The translations under genes and the position numbers were made by a program. The notes beneath the pieces are model-generated. The model was not told the origin of the DNA. It ran no database searches and saw only the letters and a program-made list of their open reading frames with translations. A stretch of DNA of 64,000 bases from Candidatus Magasanikbacteria bacterium CG10_big_fil_rev_8_21_14_0_10_36_32 (GTDB lineage Bacteria > Patescibacteriota > Patescibacteriia > Magasanikbacterales > GWA2-37-8), in contig PFBV01000003.1 of NCBI GenBank assembly GCA_002778465.1, forward strand, positions 303,766-367,765. Reading direction: 5' to 3'. Of the stretch, positions 57,357 through 64,000 are shown piece by piece. Numbering within the stretch: the first letter of the stretch is position 1; every line of letters begins with the position of its first letter.

Positions 57357-57719
57357 ATGAAAAAAATAATATTATTTTTGACAATAGTTAGCTGTATATG
57401 GACAGCGATGCCTTTGAGCACAACCACAGTTAATGCGGCTGAACCAGAAACCGTGAAATTAGAAAATCCTTTAACAGTTGATGCTAATCCGTCGTCAATA
57501 ATTGGTTTGTTTATCAAAGCAATCTTAGGAATAGTTGGTGGGTTGGCTTTGGTTATGGCTGTGTATGGCGGTTTTCAATGGCTGACGGCCGCAGGCAACA
57601 AAGAAAAGATAGATAGTGGTAGTAAAACTATGCTTTGGGCGGTGGTTGGTTTGATACTTACTCTAAGCAGTTATTTATTGGTGGATACTTTCTTGAATTT
57701 TTTAAAGGGTGGCAGATAA
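57357..57719 (+). CDS. Pilin-like array member 3 (start refined)
   Basis: Signal ...VNA|AE; ILGIVGGLALVMAVYGGFQWLTAAGNKEKIDSGSKTMLWAVVGLILTLSSYLLV. Confidence 0.55.
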   Translation: MKKIILFLTIVSCIWTAMPLSTTTVNAAEPETVKLENPLTVDANPSSIIGLFIKAILGIVGGLALVMAVYGGFQWLTAAGNKEKIDSGSKTMLWAVVGLILTLSSYLLVDTFLNFLKGGR

Positions 57720-57805
57720 AAATTAAGATTGTGCGATGTTTCGTTTATTGTTATAATAAATATAAGTTAAAATATGATAAATTTTACTGGAAAGGGGGTG
57801 ACAAT

Positions 57806-58195
57806 ATGAGCAAATTATCAGTATATATAGCGTTTATTTTGGTTGCAGCTTGTGCTATGTTTGTTTTGACGCCAGTTTTAGCCGCTGATCCTATTACTGC
57901 AGGAGATCTTGGTTTAAGTTATGGCGCGGAAACAGGTTTGGGTACCAAAGATATCCGTACCACCGTTGCGCAGGTAATCAAAGTGGCGATGGGTTTATTG
58001 GGTATCGTGGCTGTCGTTATAATTTTAATCGGCGGTTTCACTTGGATGACTGCCGGTGGTAATGAAGATAAGGTCTCCGAAGCGAAGAAATGGATTTTCT
58101 CCGGTGTTATCGGTTTGGCTATTATCTTGTCGGCTTATGCTTTAACCAGCTTTATTATCAATCAGTTGGTCAACGCTACTACTAGTACGATATAA
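57806..58195 (+). CDS. Pilin-like array member 4 (start refined to the ATG after the AAAGGGGGTG SD)
   Basis: Signal ...VLA|ADP; GLLGIVAVVIILIGGFTWMTAGGNEDKVSEAKKWIFSGVIGLAIILSAYALTSF. Confidence 0.6.
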   Translation: MSKLSVYIAFILVAACAMFVLTPVLAADPITAGDLGLSYGAETGLGTKDIRTTVAQVIKVAMGLLGIVAVVIILIGGFTWMTAGGNEDKVSEAKKWIFSGVIGLAIILSAYALTSFIINQLVNATTSTI

Positions 58196-58204
58196 ACTTT
58201 TTTT

Positions 58205-58235
58205 ATCAGGGGGTTCGCGCGCGCAACCCCCTGAT
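58205..58235. terminator. Palindromic GC hairpin flanked by a T-run and an A-run (bidirectional terminator-like) splitting the array
   Basis: ATCAGGGGGTTGCGCGCGCAACCCCCTGAT-type palindrome (ATCAGGGGGTTCGCGCGCGCAACCCCCTGAT) with TTTTTTTT before and AAAAAA after. Confidence 0.5.
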
Positions 58236-58289
58236 AAAAAATTGGATTATGAACTTTTTAATGAAGATTTCATAATCCAGTTAAATCCT

Positions 58290-58712
58290 ATGAGTTTAAA
58301 CCGGAAAATTTTTTTATTCATTATTGTGACGGCCATCAGTGTCGGTTTTTTGTTGAATGTCAGAATGGTAAGGGGAGCGGATGATTATGGATTTGAACAA
58401 ACCGCACAAGGAACTGACTTGCCGGCTTTATCAATCAGTAAAGGTACACCAGAATCATTGGCTGAAATAATTGTAAAGCGAGTTTTATTTTTTGTTGGAA
58501 CAATTTTCTTTTTATTGATTCTTTATGCGGGAATAAGTTGGATGACTGCTGCTGGTTCCACTGAAAAAGTTAATACTGCTAAAACTATTTTAGAAACAGC
58601 TATTATTGGTTTGTTGGTTATTACCGCTTCCTATGCGATTTCTAATTATATTTTTGAAAAATTTACCGGTGTAAACAAAACTTCTACAGATATTCCCACT
58701 GCCACAGAATAA
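58290..58712 (+). CDS. Pilin-like array member 5 (start refined)
   Basis: Signal ...VRGA|DD; FFVGTIFFLLILYAGISWMTAAGSTEKVNTAKTILETAIIGLLVITASYAISNY. Confidence 0.55.
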   Translation: MSLNRKIFLFIIVTAISVGFLLNVRMVRGADDYGFEQTAQGTDLPALSISKGTPESLAEIIVKRVLFFVGTIFFLLILYAGISWMTAAGSTEKVNTAKTILETAIIGLLVITASYAISNYIFEKFTGVNKTSTDIPTATE

Positions 58713-58727
58713 TAATCATTAAAATTT

Positions 58728-59753
58728 ATGAGTTTTGGTTTTAAAGTTAAATTAACGATGTTGTTGGCAGCTGTTGGTATAATGACAGCTTCTGTTTTTT
58801 GTTATGCTGCAGATTTTGGTTTAGGAGAAGCCGGTTCTGTTTCTGGGCTGACAAAAAATAAAATTACCGAAGCTGGCAGTATTCCCGCTGTTTTGGGTGA
58901 TTTGGTTGGTATAGCGCTTTCATTATTAGGAATTTTTTTCTTTATTTTAGTTTTGTATGCCGGTTTTATTTGGATGACCGCCGCCGGTTCTGGTGAACAG
59001 GTTGATAAAGCAAAAAAGATTTTAATGTCTGGCGCTATTGGTTTGGTAATAGTTTTATCAGCTTATACAATTACCAGTTATGTTTTTACGGAATTTTTAG
59101 CTGGCGCGCCGACCGGACAAACAGGTGGTGATGTTTGCAAAACAGGGGCAGATGGACAAGATTGTGGTGATAATTCTCTTTGTTTGAATAAAAAATGTGT
59201 TTCGGAGTGTGTCTATACATATGGAACAAATGCTAAATGCAAAGCGGCAGGCAGTTGTGCGGGTGTGGAATTAACTGGTTTTTGTCCGGGCGGAACTAAT
59301 AATAAATGTTGCGTGCCTCAGTATGATTATGATTTTGTGCACAAAGTTAGTGGAGGAACATCTGATACCGGATCAGTAATGATATTTGAATCATGTTCAA
59401 CTAAAGGTGGTTATTGTATTAAGCAAGGTGATGCTGGTTGTGGAACATATCCTGGTTATAGTGAAATTCCTGGAAATTTTTCTGATTGTTCAGGTGAAAC
59501 TTCATCTTGTTGTGTTAACAGTTGTCGCACAAAAGGCGGTATGTGTCTCAGTGCCAATGAATGCAGTAATGCGTCAGGAAAAGAAGAGGCTGAATCTTGT
59601 GGAGATGGACAAGTTTGTTGTGTAACCTGCGTATCTCAAGGTGGAAGTTGTTTTTTTTCTGGTAGTGAATCTTGCAGTGGCAAAGTATTGAGTGGTTCTA
59701 AAAATGGTTGTGGTACCGGTTTAAGTTGTTGTATAGGCGGATTTTTACAATAA
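58728..59753 (+). CDS. Pilin-like array member 6 with long Cys-rich C-terminal extension (about 3.5 tandem roughly 38-aa CC-containing repeats)
   Basis: ILVLYAGFIWMTAAGSGEQVDKAKKILMSGAIGLVIVLSAYTITSY, then CCVPQ...KGGYCIKQGDAGCG, SSCCVNSCRTKGGMCLSANECSNASG, CCVTCVSQGGSCFFSGSESCSG and CCIGG. Confidence 0.6.
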   Translation: MSFGFKVKLTMLLAAVGIMTASVFCYAADFGLGEAGSVSGLTKNKITEAGSIPAVLGDLVGIALSLLGIFFFILVLYAGFIWMTAAGSGEQVDKAKKILMSGAIGLVIVLSAYTITSYVFTEFLAGAPTGQTGGDVCKTGADGQDCGDNSLCLNKKCVSECVYTYGTNAKCKAAGSCAGVELTGFCPGGTNNKCCVPQYDYDFVHKVSGGTSDTGSVMIFESCSTKGGYCIKQGDAGCGTYPGYSEIPGNFSDCSGETSSCCVNSCRTKGGMCLSANECSNASGKEEAESCGDGQVCCVTCVSQGGSCFFSGSESCSGKVLSGSKNGCGTGLSCCIGGFLQ

Positions 59754-59781
59754 TGTTTTTAAACTTCTTTTTAAATAATTT

Positions 59782-60276
59782 ATGAAAAAACTTTTTGTTC
59801 AATTACTCATTGTCACTTGTTTATTTATACCGACCATGGCATTAGCTGATACTTTTGGTTCAGGCTTATTAAGTCAATCGGTTCAAGGTGTTGGTTTAGA
59901 ACAGAATTTAGAAAATAGCGTGGCCAATGTCATTAGTACAGTTTCAACCGTGGTCGGCACGATATTTTTAATCTTGACTGTGGTGGCAGGAATTATGTGG
60001 ATGACCGCCGCTGGCAATGAAGATAAAATTTCTAAAGCTAAACAAATGTTGGCCGCCGCCGCCGTCGGTTTATTTATTGTTATGTCGGCTTACACAATTA
60101 CTTATTTTGTCACCAAAAAAGTTGGTAATGCTTCTGGTGGTGGCACAGGAGAAACGACTTGTAGTTGCGCCGGATGTTATTGTTCCACAGTGACAGCGTG
60201 TACAAGTGATGTGGGTACAGCATTGACAGGTACTACTTGTTCAGGAGTGTGTTGTCAACCAACTTTTGCTGATTAA
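59782..60276 (+). CDS. Pilin-like array member 7 with short Cys-rich tail
   Basis: Signal ...ALA|DT; IFLILTVVAGIMWMTAAGNEDKISKAKQMLAAAAVGLFIVMSAYTITYF, then TCSCAGCYCSTVTACTSD...CSGVCCQP. Confidence 0.6.
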   Translation: MKKLFVQLLIVTCLFIPTMALADTFGSGLLSQSVQGVGLEQNLENSVANVISTVSTVVGTIFLILTVVAGIMWMTAAGNEDKISKAKQMLAAAAVGLFIVMSAYTITYFVTKKVGNASGGGTGETTCSCAGCYCSTVTACTSDVGTALTGTTCSGVCCQPTFAD

Positions 60277-60283
60277 ATTTTTT

Positions 60284-60652
60284 ATGAAGAAATTTATTGT
60301 TTTATTTATCGCTATATTGTTACTGTTGTCGCCGGCTATGTCGGCTGCTGAGGGTTTGGGTGATGCCGCAGGAAAACTTGGTTCGTTTCAGACAGGTGGA
60401 TTAAGCAGTGATTTGGGTGGCACGGCGCAAAATGTGGTTAAGGCCATATTTTGGGTGGTTGGCACAACTTTTCTTTTATTATCAGTTTATGGTGGTATTG
60501 TTTGGATTAAAGCGGCTGGCCGAGAGGAAGAAGTAAATCGCGCTAAAAAAATTATTGTTGCTGCTGTTATAGGATTAGTCGTTGTTTTTGCGTCTTATGC
60601 AATAACAAATTTTGTAATGAACAGGGTACAAGGAATTGAAACTACAGAATAA
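60284..60652 (+). CDS. Pilin-like array member 8 (start refined)
   Basis: Signal ...MSA|AEG; FLLLSVYGGIVWIKAAGREEEVNRAKKIIVAAVIGLVVVFASYAITNF. Confidence 0.55.
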   Translation: MKKFIVLFIAILLLLSPAMSAAEGLGDAAGKLGSFQTGGLSSDLGGTAQNVVKAIFWVVGTTFLLLSVYGGIVWIKAAGREEEVNRAKKIIVAAVIGLVVVFASYAITNFVMNRVQGIETTE

Positions 60653-60681
60653 AATTTTTTAAAGTAATTAAATTTATTTTT

Positions 60682-61095
60682 ATGAAAAAAGTTTTGATTT
60701 TATTGGCTATGTGGCTGATTAGCGGAATACTATGTTGTAATATGACAATGGCGGCAGATGGAGGAATGGCGGAGCGTATAGCGGAAAAAGCTGGTTATAC
60801 TACCGAAGGAATAACTGAATATAGTTTATCTCAAAACATTGGTGTGATAATTCGGAGTGTTTTGTCAGTTCTCGGTGTAATATTTTTAGTTTTGACTATA
60901 TATGCCGGAATTTTATGGGGAACAGCTGCTGGTAATGAAGATAAGGTTGATAAAGCCAAAAAAATTCTGATTTCCGCATTTATTGGTTTGGTAATTGTTG
61001 GAGCCGCTTACGGAATTACCTCTTTAGTCTTTTATTTTCTTGGAGTTGGTTCGGCGCCGTCAACCGATGTTGATGTACCGTGGTCTCAACAATAA
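60682..61095 (+). CDS. Pilin-like array member 9
   Basis: Signal ...TMA|AD; IFLVLTIYAGILWGTAAGNEDKVDKAKKILISAFIGLVIVGAAYGITSL. Confidence 0.55.
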   Translation: MKKVLILLAMWLISGILCCNMTMAADGGMAERIAEKAGYTTEGITEYSLSQNIGVIIRSVLSVLGVIFLVLTIYAGILWGTAAGNEDKVDKAKKILISAFIGLVIVGAAYGITSLVFYFLGVGSAPSTDVDVPWSQQ

Positions 61096-61107
61096 TTATT
61101 ATAAAAT

Positions 61108-61566
61108 ATGAAAAATATTTCTAAGACAAAGTTTATTTTAACCGTAATAAGCATACTGACTATAACAGGAACTATTTTAGCGTTTGTTCCTGATTTTGCG
61201 AGTTCGGCCAATTTAAGTACGGAAATGGAAGCTCAATTAAAATCCGCGGCGGAAAGTGGTGCTGGTTATGGCGCGCCGACAGATCCTCGCACTACAGCCA
61301 GTGTGATCATTCGTTCATTACTTGGAGTGGTAGGAATAGTGATGGTTTGTTTGATGATTTATGCCGGTTTTATTTGGATGACCGCTGCCGGCAATGAAGA
61401 TAAAGTGGCGACGGCAAAAAAAATAATTGCCTCGGCGGCAATTGGTTTTATTATTGTGCTGACAGCATATTCAATTACTTGGTTCCTGACATATACGGCT
61501 TTTGGCGGCAGAAGTACACAATTTCCTCAAGATACATCAGAAGACCCATGGGGAAGCACTGATTAA
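61108..61566 (+). CDS. Pilin-like array member 10
   Basis: VMVCLMIYAGFIWMTAAGNEDKVATAKKIIASAAIGFIIVLTAYSITWF. Confidence 0.55.
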   Translation: MKNISKTKFILTVISILTITGTILAFVPDFASSANLSTEMEAQLKSAAESGAGYGAPTDPRTTASVIIRSLLGVVGIVMVCLMIYAGFIWMTAAGNEDKVATAKKIIASAAIGFIIVLTAYSITWFLTYTAFGGRSTQFPQDTSEDPWGSTD

Positions 61567-62645
61567 GAAAAAATTTGTTTCAGAATTTTTTCATTAACCA
61601 ATTTTGAAAGATTGGGTTTGGTAAAAATATCAGGCCGACGGATTATTTCTTGTAATGCGTCGGTTATTTTGTTTAATTCTGGAATTTGCCGTCCATAATT
61701 ATTTTTTTCGACAAATCGTACATTGGCTTCTTCTTGTCCGGGAATAGGCATAGACAGAAGAGCTGGTTTTTGAAGGAATAAAGTTTCAGTAACACTTAAT
61801 CCGCCTGGTTTGGTTAGAATCACGTCAGCCAAACGCATTAGTTCATCTATTTTGGTAGTATAGGTAATTACTCGATAATTTATTGAATTTAATTGAAATT
61901 TATTTAATTCTTTAAATATTTTTTTATTATTTTTTCCTACCACTATAATTAAGTTTATATTTTTAAAATCATTTATTATTTCTTTGACAAATGGGACAGG
62001 ATCAATCAAACCAATGCCACCGGTTAAAATTAGAATTGTCGGCCAGTCATTGTTAATGCGCCATTTATTTTTTAATTCATTTATATTTTTTTCTTTTAGA
62101 AATTCAGGATGTATCGGAATGCCGGTATAAAAAGCTTGCCGACCCATTTGTTTCAGTTCATCGCAAATATCATTACTCGGAGTAAAAAAATAACGAATTT
62201 GCGGAGCTAAACAAACTTTGTTGATTTCATAATCGGTAATCAAAAAATCAATAGGTATTTTGTCGGCGTATTGATTAGCAAAAGCTGAGGCAAGAAAATG
62301 GGTGCAAAATATTTGATCTGGTTGATATTCTTTAATAAATTTATTAAATTTCCGCAAATTTATTTTTAAGAGCAAACTTATTTTGTTTAAAACATCCGGA
62401 CTTTTTGAAAAATCAAACATTTGATAAAGCAGCCCGTAAATATTAGGCAGATGGCGTGCTAAAAAATGATACGATGAAGTAATGCTTTTTCCGAATAAGC
62501 CGCCAGAATAATCCATAATATCAATATGCGCGGATTTGATTTGAGGATATTTCGTCCGACAAGTTAGATATAACGCTTCAGCAGCACGGACATGTCCGGT
62601 GCCGGCTGAGCAGGAAAGAAATAATATTTTTTTTGGTTGAGACAT
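61563..62645 (-). CDS. GT28-family glycosyltransferase (MGDG synthase / processive diacylglycerol glycosyltransferase-like)
   Basis: N-terminal ILFLSCSAGTGHVRAAEAL (G-rich loop with His); C-terminal LTKPGGLSVTE motif of the GT-B MurG/MGD family. Confidence 0.55.
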   Translation of the reverse strand: MSQPKKILFLSCSAGTGHVRAAEALYLTCRTKYPQIKSAHIDIMDYSGGLFGKSITSSYHFLARHLPNIYGLLYQMFDFSKSPDVLNKISLLLKINLRKFNKFIKEYQPDQIFCTHFLASAFANQYADKIPIDFLITDYEINKVCLAPQIRYFFTPSNDICDELKQMGRQAFYTGIPIHPEFLKEKNINELKNKWRINNDWPTILILTGGIGLIDPVPFVKEIINDFKNINLIIVVGKNNKKIFKELNKFQLNSINYRVITYTTKIDELMRLADVILTKPGGLSVTETLFLQKPALLSMPIPGQEEANVRFVEKNNYGRQIPELNKITDALQEIIRRPDIFTKPNLSKLVNEKILKQIFS

Positions 62646-62708
62646 AAAATGTTATTATTTAAATAATAACAATAAAGAGTATTTTTGACAATAAAAAAAG
62701 CACAAAGG

Positions 62709-62780
62709 GGTGACCAGAGGGAGTTGAACCCTCGCTAGCGGGACCACAACCCGCTGTTCTACCGTTGAACTATGGCCACC
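62709..62780 (-). tRNA. tRNA-His (anticodon GTG) with encoded G-1
   Basis: Reverse complement G-GTGGCCATAGTTCAACGGTAGAACAGCGGGTTGTGGTCCCGCTAGCGAGGGTTCAACTCCCTCTGGTCACC-C; extra 5' G pairing with the discriminator C. Confidence 0.85.
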
Positions 62781-62847
62781 CTTTTATGCTCTTAAATATG
62801 AGAAATTGTAACAGGTTTGAAAGAAAAAATCAAGTTGAAGTATCTTT

Positions 62848-62922
62848 TGGTGACCTCGCTAGGAATCGAACCTAGGTCCAGAGCTTAGAAGGCTCTTGTT
62901 CTATCCATTGAACTACGAGGCC
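62848..62922 (-). tRNA. tRNA-Arg (anticodon TCT), CCA encoded
   Basis: Reverse complement GGCCTCGTAGTTCAATGGATAGAACAAGAGCCTTCTAAGCTCTGGACCTAGGTTCGATTCCTAGCGAGGTCACCA. Confidence 0.85.
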
Positions 62923-63019
62923 GCTTAGAAAATGACAATTTACATTCTATCATATTTTGTTGGAAAAATCAAGGTGTGATATAATATATATAATAAACCT
63001 TAAAATCTTAATTTTTAAT

Positions 63020-63505
63020 ATGCGTAAAATTTTAATAGTTTTTATTTTGATGTTTTCAATATTGTTTATCGCCACCCCGGCTCAAGCTGCTTTTGGTTTG
63101 GAACAAACTGCGCAAAAAGCTGGTTATAATTTAGGCGCTACCAGCCCGGCCACCACGGTTAAAACAGTGGTGACAGTAGTTTTAGGATTTGTTGCTTTGA
63201 TATTTTTTGCTTTAACATTATATGCCGGCATAATTTGGATGACTGCCCGCGGAAAAGAAGACAAAGTGGAATCAGCCAAAAATATTATAGAATCGGCGAT
63301 ACTTGGTTTAATAATTGTTGGAGCCGCTTATGCCATTACGACTTTTGTTTTAAGCCGATTGGGGAGTAGTGGAACAACCGAAGGTTGTTGTATTCAATAT
63401 AATGAAGACTCTACCACAAAAGGTTCGGTTGAAGGGGTGCTTAATGATGAATGTTTGAATGAGGGTGGTGTTTGGTTTGAGGGAAAATGTCCATCAATAC
63501 AATAA
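63020..63505 (+). CDS. Pilin-like array member 11 (detached copy) with Cys-rich tail (start refined)
   Basis: Signal ...AQA|AFG; IFFALTLYAGIIWMTARGKEDKVESAKNIIESAILGLIIVGAAYAITTF, then GCCIQYNEDSTTKGSVEGVLNDECLNEGGVWFEGKCP. Confidence 0.6.
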   Translation: MRKILIVFILMFSILFIATPAQAAFGLEQTAQKAGYNLGATSPATTVKTVVTVVLGFVALIFFALTLYAGIIWMTARGKEDKVESAKNIIESAILGLIIVGAAYAITTFVLSRLGSSGTTEGCCIQYNEDSTTKGSVEGVLNDECLNEGGVWFEGKCPSIQ

Positions 63506-63545
63506 CTATAAATTTATAGAATTTAAAAGGTTTTTTGCATTACCC

Positions 63546-63577
63546 TTGACATAAAAGCCTTTTTTTGATACTATTAT
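63546..63577 (+). promoter_or_regulatory. Sigma-70-type promoter for rpsO
   Basis: TTGACA (63546-63551), 17-nt spacer, TACTAT/TATTAT. Confidence 0.5.
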
Positions 63578-63578
63578 C

Positions 63579-63640
63579 AAGCGAAGTGAGTGAAATGAAA
63601 ATTTATTTTCATTTCCAAACGAAACGCAGATAAAATGAGT
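63579..63640 (+). promoter_or_regulatory. Conserved 5' leader element, copy B (hairpin 63592-63615), upstream of rpsO
   Basis: AAGCGAAGTGAGTGAAATGAAAATttATTTTCATTTCCAAACGAAACGCAGATAAAATG. The hairpin arms differ from copy A at two positions with compensatory changes. Confidence 0.5.
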
Positions 63641-63741
63641 TTACTCTCTTTTAGGCACTTAATTTAATAAGCAAACATAAAGGTTTGTCCCGAACTGTCA
63701 GGAACATGCTCTTGATTAGCTCGGTAAAATATAAGGCATGT

Positions 63742-64000
63742 ATGTTAGACATAAAAAAGAAGCAGCAAATTATTAAAAAATTTGCTATTCACGCCGGCGA
63801 TACCGGTTCCAGCGAAGTTCAAATTGCTATTTTGACCGCTGAGATTGACGAATTAATTCAACACCTCAAACAGCATCCGAAGGATCATTCTTCACGTCGC
63901 GGTTTGCTCCGCAAAGTCAGCGGGCGTCGTCGTTTAATGCGTTATTTGAAGAAAGAAAATGAAAAGTCTTATGAGGAGTTGATGAAAAAATTAAAAATCA
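63742..64000 (+). CDS. rpsO: 30S ribosomal protein S15 (3' end truncated by the window edge)
   Basis: MLDIKKKQQIIKKFAIHAGDTGSSEVQIAILTAEIDELIQHLKQHPKDHSSRRGLLRKVSGRRRLMRYLKK... Confidence 0.85.
   Translation, partial: MLDIKKKQQIIKKFAIHAGDTGSSEVQIAILTAEIDELIQHLKQHPKDHSSRRGLLRKVSGRRRLMRYLKKENEKSYEELMKKLKI

Noticed and set aside
1-64000. Alternative genetic code (UGA recoding, as in some CPR lineages)
   Set aside because: Many long conserved genes (pilB, nrdD, ruvB, ychF) read through with standard stops and full-length homology, so code 11 fits.

Overview
The window reads as a low-GC (roughly 33-36% GC), gene-dense, almost entirely coding bacterial region. Gene content suggests an anaerobic, reduced-genome organism such as a Candidate Phyla Radiation (Patescibacteria) bacterium, but this is inference from content only. 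It uses the standard genetic code, since long intact ORFs argue against UGA recoding. I found no rRNA genes, CRISPR array, transposase or integrase. Recognisable content is as follows. (1) Housekeeping genes: cdd (partial), rmuC, ychF, rpsF-ssb-rpsR, epmA, efp, ruvB, nrdD-nrdG, galU and rpsO (partial). (2) Eleven tRNA genes: Arg-CCT, Ala-CGC, Ala-GGC, Gly-TCC, Gly-GCC, Met-CAT, Leu-TAA, His-GTG, Arg-TCT. (3) A type IV pilus assembly operon on the minus strand (pilB-pilC-pilM-pilN-pilO-like), plus separate prepilin-motif and PilX-like genes. (4) A secreted surface-protein operon with dockerin-like, cohesin-like and CarboxypepD_reg-like modules. (5) A redox and metal-cofactor cluster: DUF5320, an EncFtn-like half-ferritin, an SDR, two NifX/FeMo-co-family small proteins, a ParA/MinD-[4Fe-4S] ATPase, DUF134, a thioredoxin and a Trx-DsbD/CcdA fusion. 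The most striking feature is a tandem array of 11 paralogous small secreted two-helix proteins (56.4-61.6 kb plus one more at 63.0 kb). Each has an SPase-I signal peptide and a conserved Y-A-G-x-x-W-M-T-A-A-G-N-E-D-K...A-K-K loop between two hydrophobic helices, which looks like a VirB2/TrbC/TraA conjugative-pilin topology. Three members carry Cys-rich C-terminal tails. Other notable features are listed next. A three-member paralogous hypothetical family (FYKEVFGL...GSYxIRVRD...EADEENKNLSA...TLLERIxLELFxFWKTG...TLCSGSR) has one copy inside a GC-rich island of about 60% GC. There are two further GC-rich islands, one of them flanked by a 22-bp duplication of the tRNA-Leu 3' end. A roughly 60-nt conserved 5' leader with a covarying hairpin sits upstream of both rpsO and one paralog. 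Finally, there is a triplicated 14-bp palindrome beside the tRNA genes.
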